From positions 70,866,001-70,930,000 of the forward strand of contig OX597825.1 in assembly GCA_951406725.2 (NCBI GenBank): a stretch of 64,000 bases of DNA, written 5' to 3'. The translations under genes and the position numbers were made by a program. The first letter of the stretch is position 1; each line of letters begins with the position of its first letter. Source of the DNA: Octopus vulgaris (lineage: Eukaryota). Below, piece after piece: positions 53,842-64,000 of this stretch. The notes below the pieces were generated by a model. That model ran no database searches and was not told the origin of the DNA. It worked only from the letters and a program-made list of their open reading frames with translations.

Positions 53842-54070
53842 CTATTTCTTTACTACCCACAAGGGGCTAAACACAGAGAGGACAAACAAGGACAGACAAA
53901 CGGATTAAGTCGATTACATCGACCCCAGTGCGTAACTGGTACTTATTTAATCGACCCCGAAAGGATGAAAGGCAAAGTCGACCTCGGCGGAATTTGAACT
54001 CAGAGCGTAGCGGCAGACGAAATACCACTAAGCATTTCGCCCGGCGTGCTAACGTTTCTGCCAGCTCGCC
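53842..54070 (-). mobile_element. SINE family B, full length
   Basis: Minus: ggcgagctggcagaaacgttagcacgccgggcgaaatgc...gtcgactttgcctttcatcctttcggggtcg...ccccttgtgggtagtaaagaaatag. Confidence 0.9.
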
Positions 54071-54459
54071 ATCTGTGCGGTTAAGAAGCTCACAGAAACG
54101 TGGTTACAAGTTCCGGCTCACTGCGCAGCACCTTGGGCAAGTGTTTTCTGCTTTAGCCACGGGTTGGCCAATGCTTTGCGAGTGAATTTAGGGACCGGAA
54201 ACTGTGTGGAAGCCTGTCATATATATGTATGTATGAGTTTGTGTGTTGTTTTGTAATACTCTCTCAACTGCTTATGGCAACTGGCGATGAATTTTTGCGT
54301 CCTAAAAAAAATCGATAGAATAAGTTCCAAGCTTATAATGAAATTACAAAGGTCGATTTGATTGACAAAAGCAACCATGAAGGCAGTGCTGTAGCATGGG
54401 CGAAGTCCAATGAGAGAAACAAGTAAAAAAAGTAGTCTTTTACTCCTGCATAGTTTTTA

Positions 54460-54805
54460 CAGGTGGCTGTGTGGTAAGAAACTGGCTTCCCAACTACATG
54501 GTTCGGTGTTCAGTCCCGCTGCGTGGCACCTTGGGCAAGTCTTCTACTATAACCTTGTGAGTGGATTTGGTACCCGGAAACTGAAAGAAGCCCATCGTAT
54601 GTGTGTGTGTGTGCCCACCACCACTGCTTGGCAACCGTTGCTGGTGTATTTACGTCCCCATGACTTAGCGGTTTGGTAAAAAGAAAACGATGGAATAAGC
54701 ACTAGGCTTTAAAATTTACAAGTATTGTCGATTCGTTCGACTGAAATTCTTTAAGAAGATGCCCAGCATGGCCGCAGACTAATGAATGAAACGAGTAAAA
54801 GATAA
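54460..54805 (+). mobile_element. SINE family A (diverged)
   Basis: Head and tail motifs. A more decayed copy precedes it at ~54072-54430. Confidence 0.8.
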
Positions 54806-55384
54806 ACTGCAAATATTTTAAAATCAAAAAAGAAAGAAAGAGAGAGAGAAAGAAAGGAAGAGAGACAGAGAAAGAAAGAGAGAGAAACAAAGAAAGACAG
54901 AAAGAAAGAAAGAGTTAAGATTCTTTTCTACTTCACTTCCTGTCTGACTATATAACCCGTGACCATATCGTCAACAGCAACGACGACGGCGGCACCACGT
55001 CAGGTAGGGGACCTTCTACGCAGTTGCTCAATCTACTAGAAATAGCAGCCAAGAATCTCCCTCAAAGCAGATCCTACCATCTCAGGTAAAGAACGAACGA
55101 TACATTTTGATAATCAATGTGATTCTAGACTCACAGTATCTAGCAATAGAAATGGAATGGTCACGGTTGAGATGTCTTTGATCGGAGGCGTACTCGATCA
55201 GATCTGACGAGGGGCTTACACAACTACACGAAAGTTCCGTATTTTTTTTTTTTCATAATACAAAACACTAAAATCTTACTAAAGAAACAAACCCTGTTAT
55301 CATCAGTATCAGTGTATAATAGGCGATACGGCGGACGTCTGTATTCAAAAAACTCTACATGAAGTGTGCAGTGCTTTGATACTC

Positions 55385-55778
55385 TCTTTTTTTACTCTTT
55401 TTACTTGTTTCAGGCATTTGACTGCGGCCATGCTGAAGCACCGCCTTTAATCGAGCAAATCGACCCCAGGACTTATTCTTTTGCAAGCCCAGTACTTATT
55501 TTATCGGTCTCTTTTGCCGAACCGCTAATTCACGGGGACGCAAACACACCAGCATCGGTTGTCAAGCAATGCTAGGGGGACAAACACAGACACACAAACA
55601 CATACACACATATATATATATATACATATATACGACAGGCTTCTTTCAGTTTCCGTCTACCAAATCCACTCACAAGGCTTTGGTCGGCCCGAGGCTATAG
55701 TAGAAGACACTTACCCAAGGTGCCACGCAGTGGGACTGAACCCGGAACCATGTGGTTGGTAAACAAGCTACTTACCAC
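55385..55778 (-). mobile_element. SINE family A, young copy
   Basis: Near consensus. Confidence 0.92.
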
Positions 55779-56033
55779 GGTAAATTTTTACGAGAAACAC
55801 TGTCCTCTGAGCGGTTTTCTTATACCACACATACACACATTATACACAACGCTTGACAGACGAAGAATATCTTAAGAGAACACCTCTGATACAAGTTTGA
55901 TGAAGTACCACCCTCGTATTTAAATCCATTAATATGTAACTTTTCATATGGAACTTTTTTGCGTTCAACAGTTGTAACTGGCCATTAAAGATGCGCTAAA
56001 CTCTGTCTTAATTGGATTACATACATACATGTA

Positions 56034-56210
56034 CCATATTTATTCTTACATAAGAGGCACCATCTTATACTTGATTTTAACTGAATGAAAAAAAAACAAC
56101 TGATGTGCGACTTATACACAAGGAGCAAAGCTAAAACAAGGAAATTATAAACATCTATGCCAAGATTTACCACTAAATTACAGATGTGACTTATACACGA
56201 GTAAATACGG
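56034..56210. mobile_element. Tc1/mariner-pogo-type MITE
   Basis: TA|ccatatttattcttacataag ... cttatacacgagtaaatacgg|TA: imperfect TIRs with TA target. Confidence 0.65.
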
Positions 56211-56506
56211 TATGGCGTGTGTGTGTGTTAATTGAAGAGACTTATACACACGGAGCAAAGCTAAAACAATGAAATAACGAACATTTGTACAAGACGCATA
56301 ATGTGAGAGAGCAAGGCCAATGACGTTTAACTCAACGAAAAATTGGACAACACTTCTACGTGTTGGTCCCTTCATTAGCCCTGCACTTACTGCGCTTTTA
56401 TACCCAAGCGAGACGTGGGTAGCTACGAAGAGGTAAGAAAACCGATTGGCTACAACGCAAAGGAACATGAGAAGATCCATGCCACGAAAATCATTTTTCC
56501 ATATAA

Positions 56507-56868
56507 TCTTTATATATAAAAGTGAAGTTGTGTGCTGTTTGTCTCCTTCGATTTAGATTCCTAACTACTCCCACATTTTGCGGTGCAGTGTAACCAAAAT
56601 CTGGGTATTAGCGCGCGTCTACGATGAGTCTACGATTAAAAAAAAATTTTACCATCATTTTTTCCCATTTTTAATGCATTTTTTTGCTATTATATAAGGG
56701 AAGTAACTCTCTAAAAATGTATTATTAAATCTCAGAACGTAAAAAGCTACAGTAACACCCCCCTTTGTGGTTAGCCATATTGAGATGGCTATTATACTTT
56801 TCATCTCTAAAAATGCTTATATAGTTATTTCCCTTACAAACCCGAGCAACGCCGGGCGATACTGCTAG
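56507..56868 (+). mobile_element. Non-autonomous Helitron, second subfamily
   Basis: A|TCTTTATATATAAAAGTGAAGTTG start and 3' end caaacccgagcaacgccgggcgatactgCTAG|T shared with the 44370 family, but a different interior. Confidence 0.85.
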
Positions 56869-56943
56869 TGTTTGATAAATAAAGACCATAAGACAATTCT
56901 TCTTTAATATGGTTTTCAAAAGATATTTAAAGTCTTTAAAGAA

Positions 56944-57365
56944 CGGCGCAGATGGCTGCGTAATAAGAAGCTTGCTTCCCAACCACATGGTTCCGTGTTT
57001 AGTTCCACTGCGTGGCACCTTGGGCAAGTTTCTTCTATAGCCTCGTGCCCACCAAAGCCTTGTGAGTGGATTTGGTAGACGGAAATTGAAAGACGCCTGT
57101 CGTATATGTGTGTAGCTATGTGCCTGTGTATATATATATATATATATAGTGTTATATATGTTCATATAGCTATGTGTGTGTGTGTCTTTGTCTGTTTGTC
57201 ACCCTACCACCACTTGACAAAGGGTGTTGGTGTGTCTGAGACACCGTAACTTAGCACTTTGATAAAAGTGGACGATAGACTAAGTACCAAGCTTAGTCAT
57301 TCAACTAAAAATTCAAGCATGGCCGTAGTCTAATGATTGAAACGAGTAAAATAAAAGATAAAGAT
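56944..57365 (+). mobile_element. SINE family A
   Basis: Head and diverged tail. Confidence 0.82.
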
Positions 57366-57381
57366 AAAAACACATTCAATA

Positions 57382-58202
57382 CAAGGTGGTATCAAAAAGT
57401 TCCCAGACTAGTTCTGTAGCGCGCCGCAGATGGCAGCACACGGTTGCGTCCGCAGTGAGAGCTAGCAGTGACCTTTATGAGTTAGTGTGGCGAGTGACAA
57501 CGCTGTGCTTACTTTACAAGTTGTGAAATTTGTGGATCACGTATATGCTGTAGTCAGCGATTTTTGTCATGGACAGGAAATTGGAACAAAGAGCCAACGT
57601 GAAATTTTGCGCTAAACTTGGGAATTCTGCTCCAGAGACATTGAGCATGCTGGGGCAAGCTTACGGGCATCTCTAAGACCAAAGAAGGCACGACGGAGCC
57701 GCAGTTCGACATCCGCAGTACTGTGCATCGAGAATTCGACCCCTGGAGCCAATCGTACCGTCCATCGAGAGTTCTACTGCGACGTCTTGAAGCGTTTGAA
57801 AGTAGCGCGAAGAACTGGATTCTTCACGATGACAATGCACCCTGTCACTGAGTTCTCTTCACTCGTGAGTTTCTCGTAAAAATTTTAAAAAAACATCTGT
57901 CCTATTCGCCAGATTTAGCACCTGTGGACTTCCATCTCTTCCCCTACGATAAAAATGGAGCTCAATGGTTGCCGTTTTAACACCGTTGTCAAGATTATCA
58001 GTGAATTGCAGAAGGTCCTCGACTCGCTAAACAGAAAAACGACTTCCAGGCCGATTCGAAAAAATGGCAGTAACGCTGCAACTGGTGTACTGCTGCGCAA
58101 GGTGATTATTTTAAAGAAGATGACGTGAAATATTAGGTAAATAAGTTGTTTGTTTTTTTTAATTAAGCATAACTCGCCCGGGAACTTTTTGATAGCACCT
58201 CG
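57382..58202 (+). mobile_element. Internally deleted mariner transposon with transposase pseudogene
   Basis: TA|caaggtggtatcaaaaagttccc ... gggaactttttgatagcacctcg|TA TIRs. ATG at 57569 gives MDRKLEQRANVKFCAKLGNSAPETLSMLGQAYG, later FYCDVLKRL, WILHDDNAPCH and YSPDLAPVDFHLFP (mariner motifs), with frameshifts and deletions. Confidence 0.93.
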
Positions 58203-58457
58203 TATACGCAACGAACAGTAAAATAAGATATCACAGTGTCACTCAGTCGGTTTTTCTTTCAGTGAATGCTTGAATCTCCACTCTGATATCTCAGAAATCA
58301 AAGGAGTTAAGCAACTCAAATATCTTATCAATGATTGATATTAAGCAAAATTATGGTGGGGCACACGGTTGATCTTTTCGTTTCTCAAAACACTACCTTA
58401 ATTTTTTTCATAGTTTTACTTTTACTCTCTCGCACGTGCGCGCGCGTGTGTGTGTAT

Positions 58458-58846
58458 CTTTTACTTGTTTCGGTCATTAGACTGCAGCCATGCTGGGATA
58501 CCGCCATGAAGGATCGAATCGACCCTAATACATATTCTTCTTTTTTTTTTTCTTTTTTTAAACCTGGTACTTATTCTATCGGCCTCTTTTGCCGAACCGC
58601 TGTTACGGGGATGTAAACACACCAACACCGGTTGTCAAGCGGTGGTGGAAGACAGATACTCACACACATATGTATATATTTATATACGACAGGCTTCTTT
58701 CAGTTTCCATTTACCAAATCCACTTACACAAGGCATTGGTCGACCTAAGTTTATAGCAGAAGATTCTTGCCCAAGGTGCCACGCAGTGGGACAGAACCCA
58801 AAACTACATCGTTGGGAAGCAAGCATCTTACCCCACATCTACGCCT
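58458..58846 (-). mobile_element. SINE family A
   Basis: Family tail and head on the minus strand. Confidence 0.85.
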
Positions 58847-58928
58847 GTGTGCATGTGTGTGTGTGTGTGTGTGTTTGGGGAGGGTATTAAATACATACAG
58901 CTACAACACCAATTTTCTGGACACGGAT

Positions 58929-59337
58929 CGCAGGAGTGGCTGTGTGGTAAGTAGCTTGTTTACCAACCACATGGTTCCGGGTTCAGTCCCACTGCGTGAC
59001 ACCTTGGGCATGTGTCTTCTACAATAGCCTCGGGCCAACCAAAGCCTTGTGAGTGGATTTGGTAGATGGAAACTGAAAGAAGCCCGTCGTATATATGTAT
59101 ATATATATATATGTGTGCGTGTATGTTTGTGTGTCTGTGTTTGTCCCCCTAGCATTGCTTGACAACCGATGCTGGTGTGTTTATGTCCCCGTCACTTAGC
59201 GGTTTAGCAAAAGAGACCGATAGAATAAGTACTGGGCTTACAAAAGAATAAGTCCCGGGGTCGAGTTGCTCGATTAAAGGCGGTGCACCAGCATGGCCGC
59301 AGTCAAAATGACTGAAACAAGTAAAAAGAGAGAAAGA
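58929..59337 (+). mobile_element. SINE family A, full length young copy
   Basis: Near consensus. Confidence 0.93.
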
Positions 59338-60687
59338 GGATCATCCCAAACTAATTTTCAAAACAGGAACCTCAGATTACTGCGGCCACCAGACTAGTTT
59401 TACTAGTGTTCGTTGCTCAATACCAAGTATAAATAAAATAAACTTGTACCATTGATACAGATACCTGTATTTCATTTAAATTACTGAAGTAAATTAAATA
59501 TTTTTTTAATTTAGTGTTTGTTGACCAAGGTGACTGACTACCCCTGGTTCGGAAAAATCAGTAATCCGGAATGGATCTGGAATCAAAGGTTCCAGAAAAT
59601 CGACCATCACCACGGCCCAACCCTAATTATGTTATCTGCTGACCCACGCAAAACGCAATAAGTTTATAAAATGAAGTGTCATTAAAAAAACACGTTCACA
59701 TAACATAGGTACATAGCAACAAAAGTTTTCTCAAATTGCTGATTTGAGTATTAAGTGGCCTAGTGGTTACAGTGCTATATTCATGATTGTAAGATGAGAT
59801 CGTAGTTTCGAATCCCGGACTAGGTGTTGTGTTCTTGAGCGAAATAAACCTGAGACGGACCTGCGTTCCGTTCAGAGTTAGGGAGAGCATTGTAATTTTT
59901 AGTCACTTGTAAAGTATGGAAACCAAGGCGAACTCCAGCTTAATGAATCCTTGGGCCTATAACAGATCTCAGTCTAATTAACGGCTATAGTTATTGTTTT
60001 TACCGCCTGGGCAGCTCCGATCGAATAGAGCGGTGCAAAGACATTCCAACTATGACCATCACACATTTCTTTCAAACACAGTATATCTACAACCACATTT
60101 TCAAAGATGCTTTTTTTTTTTAGATGGTAGTGTGTGATTTGAGAAATTTGGCTGCTATTTCGAGCAACGTTGTAGCGGCTCCCCCGTTTGCTCGTTTATG
60201 GTGGTTCTTTATTAGTTAGTAGCGATGGCTACAGTTGTTGGAATTCTGTAGCCCTAGGTCAATCCATAAGCAAGCATACAGATAGTTGTTGGAGTGCAGC
60301 TGTAGATCAGTCCCTAATCCAGCAGTTCTCTGACGTACAGGTAGCCATCGTCGTATAACCCCACGTCAGCCCTGATCCAGCAGACCTATGATACGCAAAG
60401 TAGCAGTTGTTGTGTAATCCTAAACCAACCCTGATCTAGCAGACCAGTGTTGAGCAGGTTGTAGACCAAACGGCGAGACCCGGTCCACAGATCCAGCTTC
60501 CCAGTTATACTATGCTTCCGCCCAGCTAAGGACCACACTGCATTTTTAGGGCAAGAAATGATGGATCTTACAAAAGTGCAGTATGATAATTTGGGCATGT
60601 TCAGTTAGTTTAACCGGGTCTATATGACACCTGGGATCAACCGGAGTCCACCTAAGATTTTTGGGAGTCCATAGTAAATTTTTTTAA

Positions 60688-61064
60688 TACTTGTTTCAAC
60701 CATTTGACTGCGACCATGCTGGGGCACCGCCTTAAAAAGTTTTAGTCGAAGAAACCGACCCCAGGACTTATTCTTTGTAAGTCTAGTACTTATACTATCG
60801 GTCTCTTTTGCCGAATCGCTAATTTACGGGGACGTAAACACACTAACATCGGTTGTCAAATGATTGGGGGGGGCAGACAGAGATACACATACACACATGA
60901 ATATATATACATATACGACGGGCTTCTTTCAGTTTCCGTCTACCAAATCCACTCACAAGTGTTTGGTCGGACCGAGACTATTGTAGAAGTACACTTGTCC
61001 AAAGTACCATGCAGTGGGACTGAACCCGGAACCATGTGGTTGGGAAGCAAGCTTCTTGCCACAC
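60688..61064 (-). mobile_element. SINE family A nested in a hAT-type MITE (~60602-61292)
   Basis: SINE motifs. Host ends ...ggttgggaaccactg at 61292. Confidence 0.8.
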
Positions 61065-61898
61065 ATGAAAAAAACTTTGATTTAGATGTATTTATTAGAA
61101 GAAACAGCTGGGTTTCTTTCTCTAAGATTTTACACAGTTTAACCTACACAAGTTAACGTTGGAAAAACAAAGTTGGGATTTTGAAAGAAATATCCACAAA
61201 ACTAGTTTTTAAAGTTGAGAGGCTAAAGGGGCCCACCAAAATAAAACGGTAATCAAAGGGGTCCATAGATAAGAAATGGTTGGGAACCACTGAGTTGGTT
61301 AATATTGACAGCTACGGTGACTATAATTGTTAATAGGGTAACTGAAGTAGTTATTCGTGACCATCGTAAATATTGGTGGTCATATTAATTGTTAGTTATT
61401 AAAGGGAATGGTGACTAGAGTGATTATCAGTGTCTATGAAGTTAATTATAATAGTATTGGCGATTATAATGATTATAAATAGTATTTAGTAGTTATAATA
61501 GTTGGCGTTGGTGTACTTAATGGTGTTATCTATGACTGTAGTAGTAAATATTGATTTCAAACTCTGGTACAAGGCCAGCAATTTGGGAGAGGGGTAAGTC
61601 GATTACATCGACCCCCCAGCACTCAACTGGTACTTATTTTATGGACCTCGAAAGGATGGATGAAAGGCAATGCCGACCTCGGCAGAGTTTGAACTAAGAA
61701 CGTAAAGACGGACGGAATGCAGGTATTAGAGATTATAATGGTTATTAGAGGCTGTAATAATATTGATTACTATTGTAGCTGTTCGGAACGATAATAGTTG
61801 GTATTGTTAAATAGTATTGTCTGTGATAGTACTGGTGGCTATAGTGTTATAATAAATAGTATCGATGATTAACGTGGCTTTTAGTAGTTCTATTATTT

Positions 61899-62225
61899 AG
61901 TGGCTCAGTGGTTAGCGCATCGGGCTCACAAATCATGAGGTGAGAGTTGATTCCCGGACCGGACTGTGTGTTGTGTTCTTGAGCAAGACACTTTATTTTA
62001 CGTTGCTCCAGTTCACTCAGCTGTAGAAATGAGTTGCGACGTCACTGGTGCCAAGCTGTATCAACCTTTGCCTTTCCCTTGGATAACATCAGTGGCGTGG
62101 AGAGACGAGTCTGGTATGCATGGGCGACTGCTGGTCTTCCATAAACAACCTTGCTCGGACTTGGGCCTCGGGGGGTAATTTTCTAAGGTGCAATCCCATG
62201 GTCAGTCGTGACCGAAGGAGGTCCT
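61899..62225 (+). mobile_element. SINE family D
   Basis: Colinear with 40180-40510. Confidence 0.85.
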
Positions 62226-62589
62226 TCTTTCCTAATTATTTACAACAATTGTAGTTTACAGGGAATATTTTTTCAAAACTGACCATAAACAGAGAGAGGA
62301 TAATCTTTGGTTTTCAAACGTTATTTTGTTAATATTCAGTCGAATATTTCTATGTAAAGCAATCGAATGGAAGTTCCACGGGTTTTATTATTCTCGTTTT
62401 TAACTATTATTAGTATAATTAACAGCAAGGCGAGGCAGAATCGTTACCGCGTCTTTACATTATACTAATAGTGGCGCATCGCCGAAAACTGTGTCTTGGG
62501 ATCCCTAATACACAAAATCTGTTGACCCCCGTCCATGTTAACTATACTCCCGAGAACGATTCAATGTGGTTGCTAGCCAGGGAGACATA

Positions 62590-62810
62590 ATCCTTTCTAC
62601 TGTAGACACAAGGCCTGAAATTTTGTGGGGCAGGAGCTGTCGATTACATCAACCCCAGTGTACAACTGGTACTTAAGTTCATCGACCCCCCGAAAGGAAT
62701 GTAAGTCAAAGTCGATCTCAGCGGAATCTGAACGCAGAACCCAAAAGAGGTAGAAGAAATGCCGATAAGCATTTTGCCCGACGTCCTAACGATTCTACCA
62801 GCTCGACGCC
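62590..62810 (-). mobile_element. SINE family B (diverged)
   Basis: Central domain and head on the minus strand. Confidence 0.75.
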
Positions 62811-63254
62811 TTATTCCTGCTAGGAACAATAATAACAAGCAAATCTCTTTCGAATTACTCCGAATGCTTTTAAAAGAACAATGGAAACTGTGGTACCACA
62901 TTCTATACTACGGGGGAGAAACAATTAGATGATCGTTACTGGAACGCCTTTGGTTGTGGGTCTGTTCGACCAGGGTTGACCTGGGGGGCAAATCCACAGC
63001 AGTCGGAGTTCGACAGGGTGAAAGTGAAAACGATTTGGGATTTTTTTTTCTCTGTCAGGATATGAAGACTGTGTGTGAGAGGCGTTAACCGTTTTAACCA
63101 ATCGCTGTCTGTTGTGCGTGTGTGTGTGTCTGTGTGTGTGCGTGTAAGCAATTACACTGAACTGTGTATACATGTAATCAAATGGTACTCTGTGTTAATT
63201 GTAGTTTGTCAATAAGTTAACTGACACAACGAGTAAATATAATTAGTTTAGGCG

Positions 63255-63259
63255 TGTAT

Positions 63260-63305
<46 letters not shown>

Positions 63306-63338
63306 GTGTCTATATATATATATATATGCGCGTGTGTC

Positions 63339-63380
<42 letters not shown>

Positions 63381-63502
63381 TGTGTCTATGTATATATATA
63401 TATATATATATATATGCGTGTGTCTATGTATATATATATATATATTATATATGCGTGTGTCTATGTGTATATATATATATATATATTATATATGCGTGTG
63501 TC

Positions 63503-63578
<76 letters not shown>
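63255..63578. repeat. Compound minisatellite (tgcgtgtgtctatg + (TA)n) x7
   Basis: Motif recurs at 63299, 63327, 63377, 63415, 63452, 63493. Confidence 0.9.
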
Positions 63579-63579
<1 letters not shown>

Positions 63580-63611
63580 TGAGAAAAAAGTTGTATACCA
63601 TACCTAACACA

Positions 63612-63678
<67 letters not shown>

Positions 63679-63924
63679 TCCCGGGTTGATTCGGGGTTAA
63701 CCACAGTAAGTAAGGTACTCAATACATAGCAGAGTAAAATTAATTTATTATATAGAAGGAGCTTCTACAGGACTAGTACTGTTTCATTCAAGAGAAATCT
63801 TCAGGAAATATATATATATATATATATATACATACATATATGTATACATACACATGTCTGTGAACGTGTAGATATATACATATTATGCGTGTGTATCTGT
63901 GTATATATATGTTATATATATATG

Positions 63925-63976
<52 letters not shown>

Positions 63977-64000
63977 TGAGTGAGTGTGAGAATTATATTC

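Overview
AT-rich eukaryotic genomic DNA that is almost certainly from an octopus (inferred from tRNA-derived SINE families, including OR-like tRNA-Arg SINEs, and the extreme microsatellite load). No intact, recognisable protein-coding gene is supported. Nearly all supplied ORFs are translations of microsatellites or SINEs. The window holds at least 5-6 SINE families (more than 50 copies), four non-autonomous Helitrons, a deleted mariner, Merlin-, hAT-, pogo- and piggyBac-type MITEs, a decayed piggyBac transposase C-terminus, 3' fragments of a CR1-type LINE and an RLE-type (Hero/NeSL-like) LINE, Penelope-like inserts in (TA)n carrying hammerhead-ribozyme-like cores, and a 5x24-bp higher-order tandem repeat. 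The most notable candidates are a near-canonical minimal hammerhead ribozyme (52339-52376, -), a 39-bp long-range complementary pair with an ADAR-type A:C mismatch (10106-10144 / 11495-11533), a textbook recursive-splice motif (5242, -), and an apparent CpG-depleted to CpG-rich transition near 44-45 kb, suggesting that the left part is intron of a methylated gene. All coordinates were read by eye and repeat boundaries are approximate.
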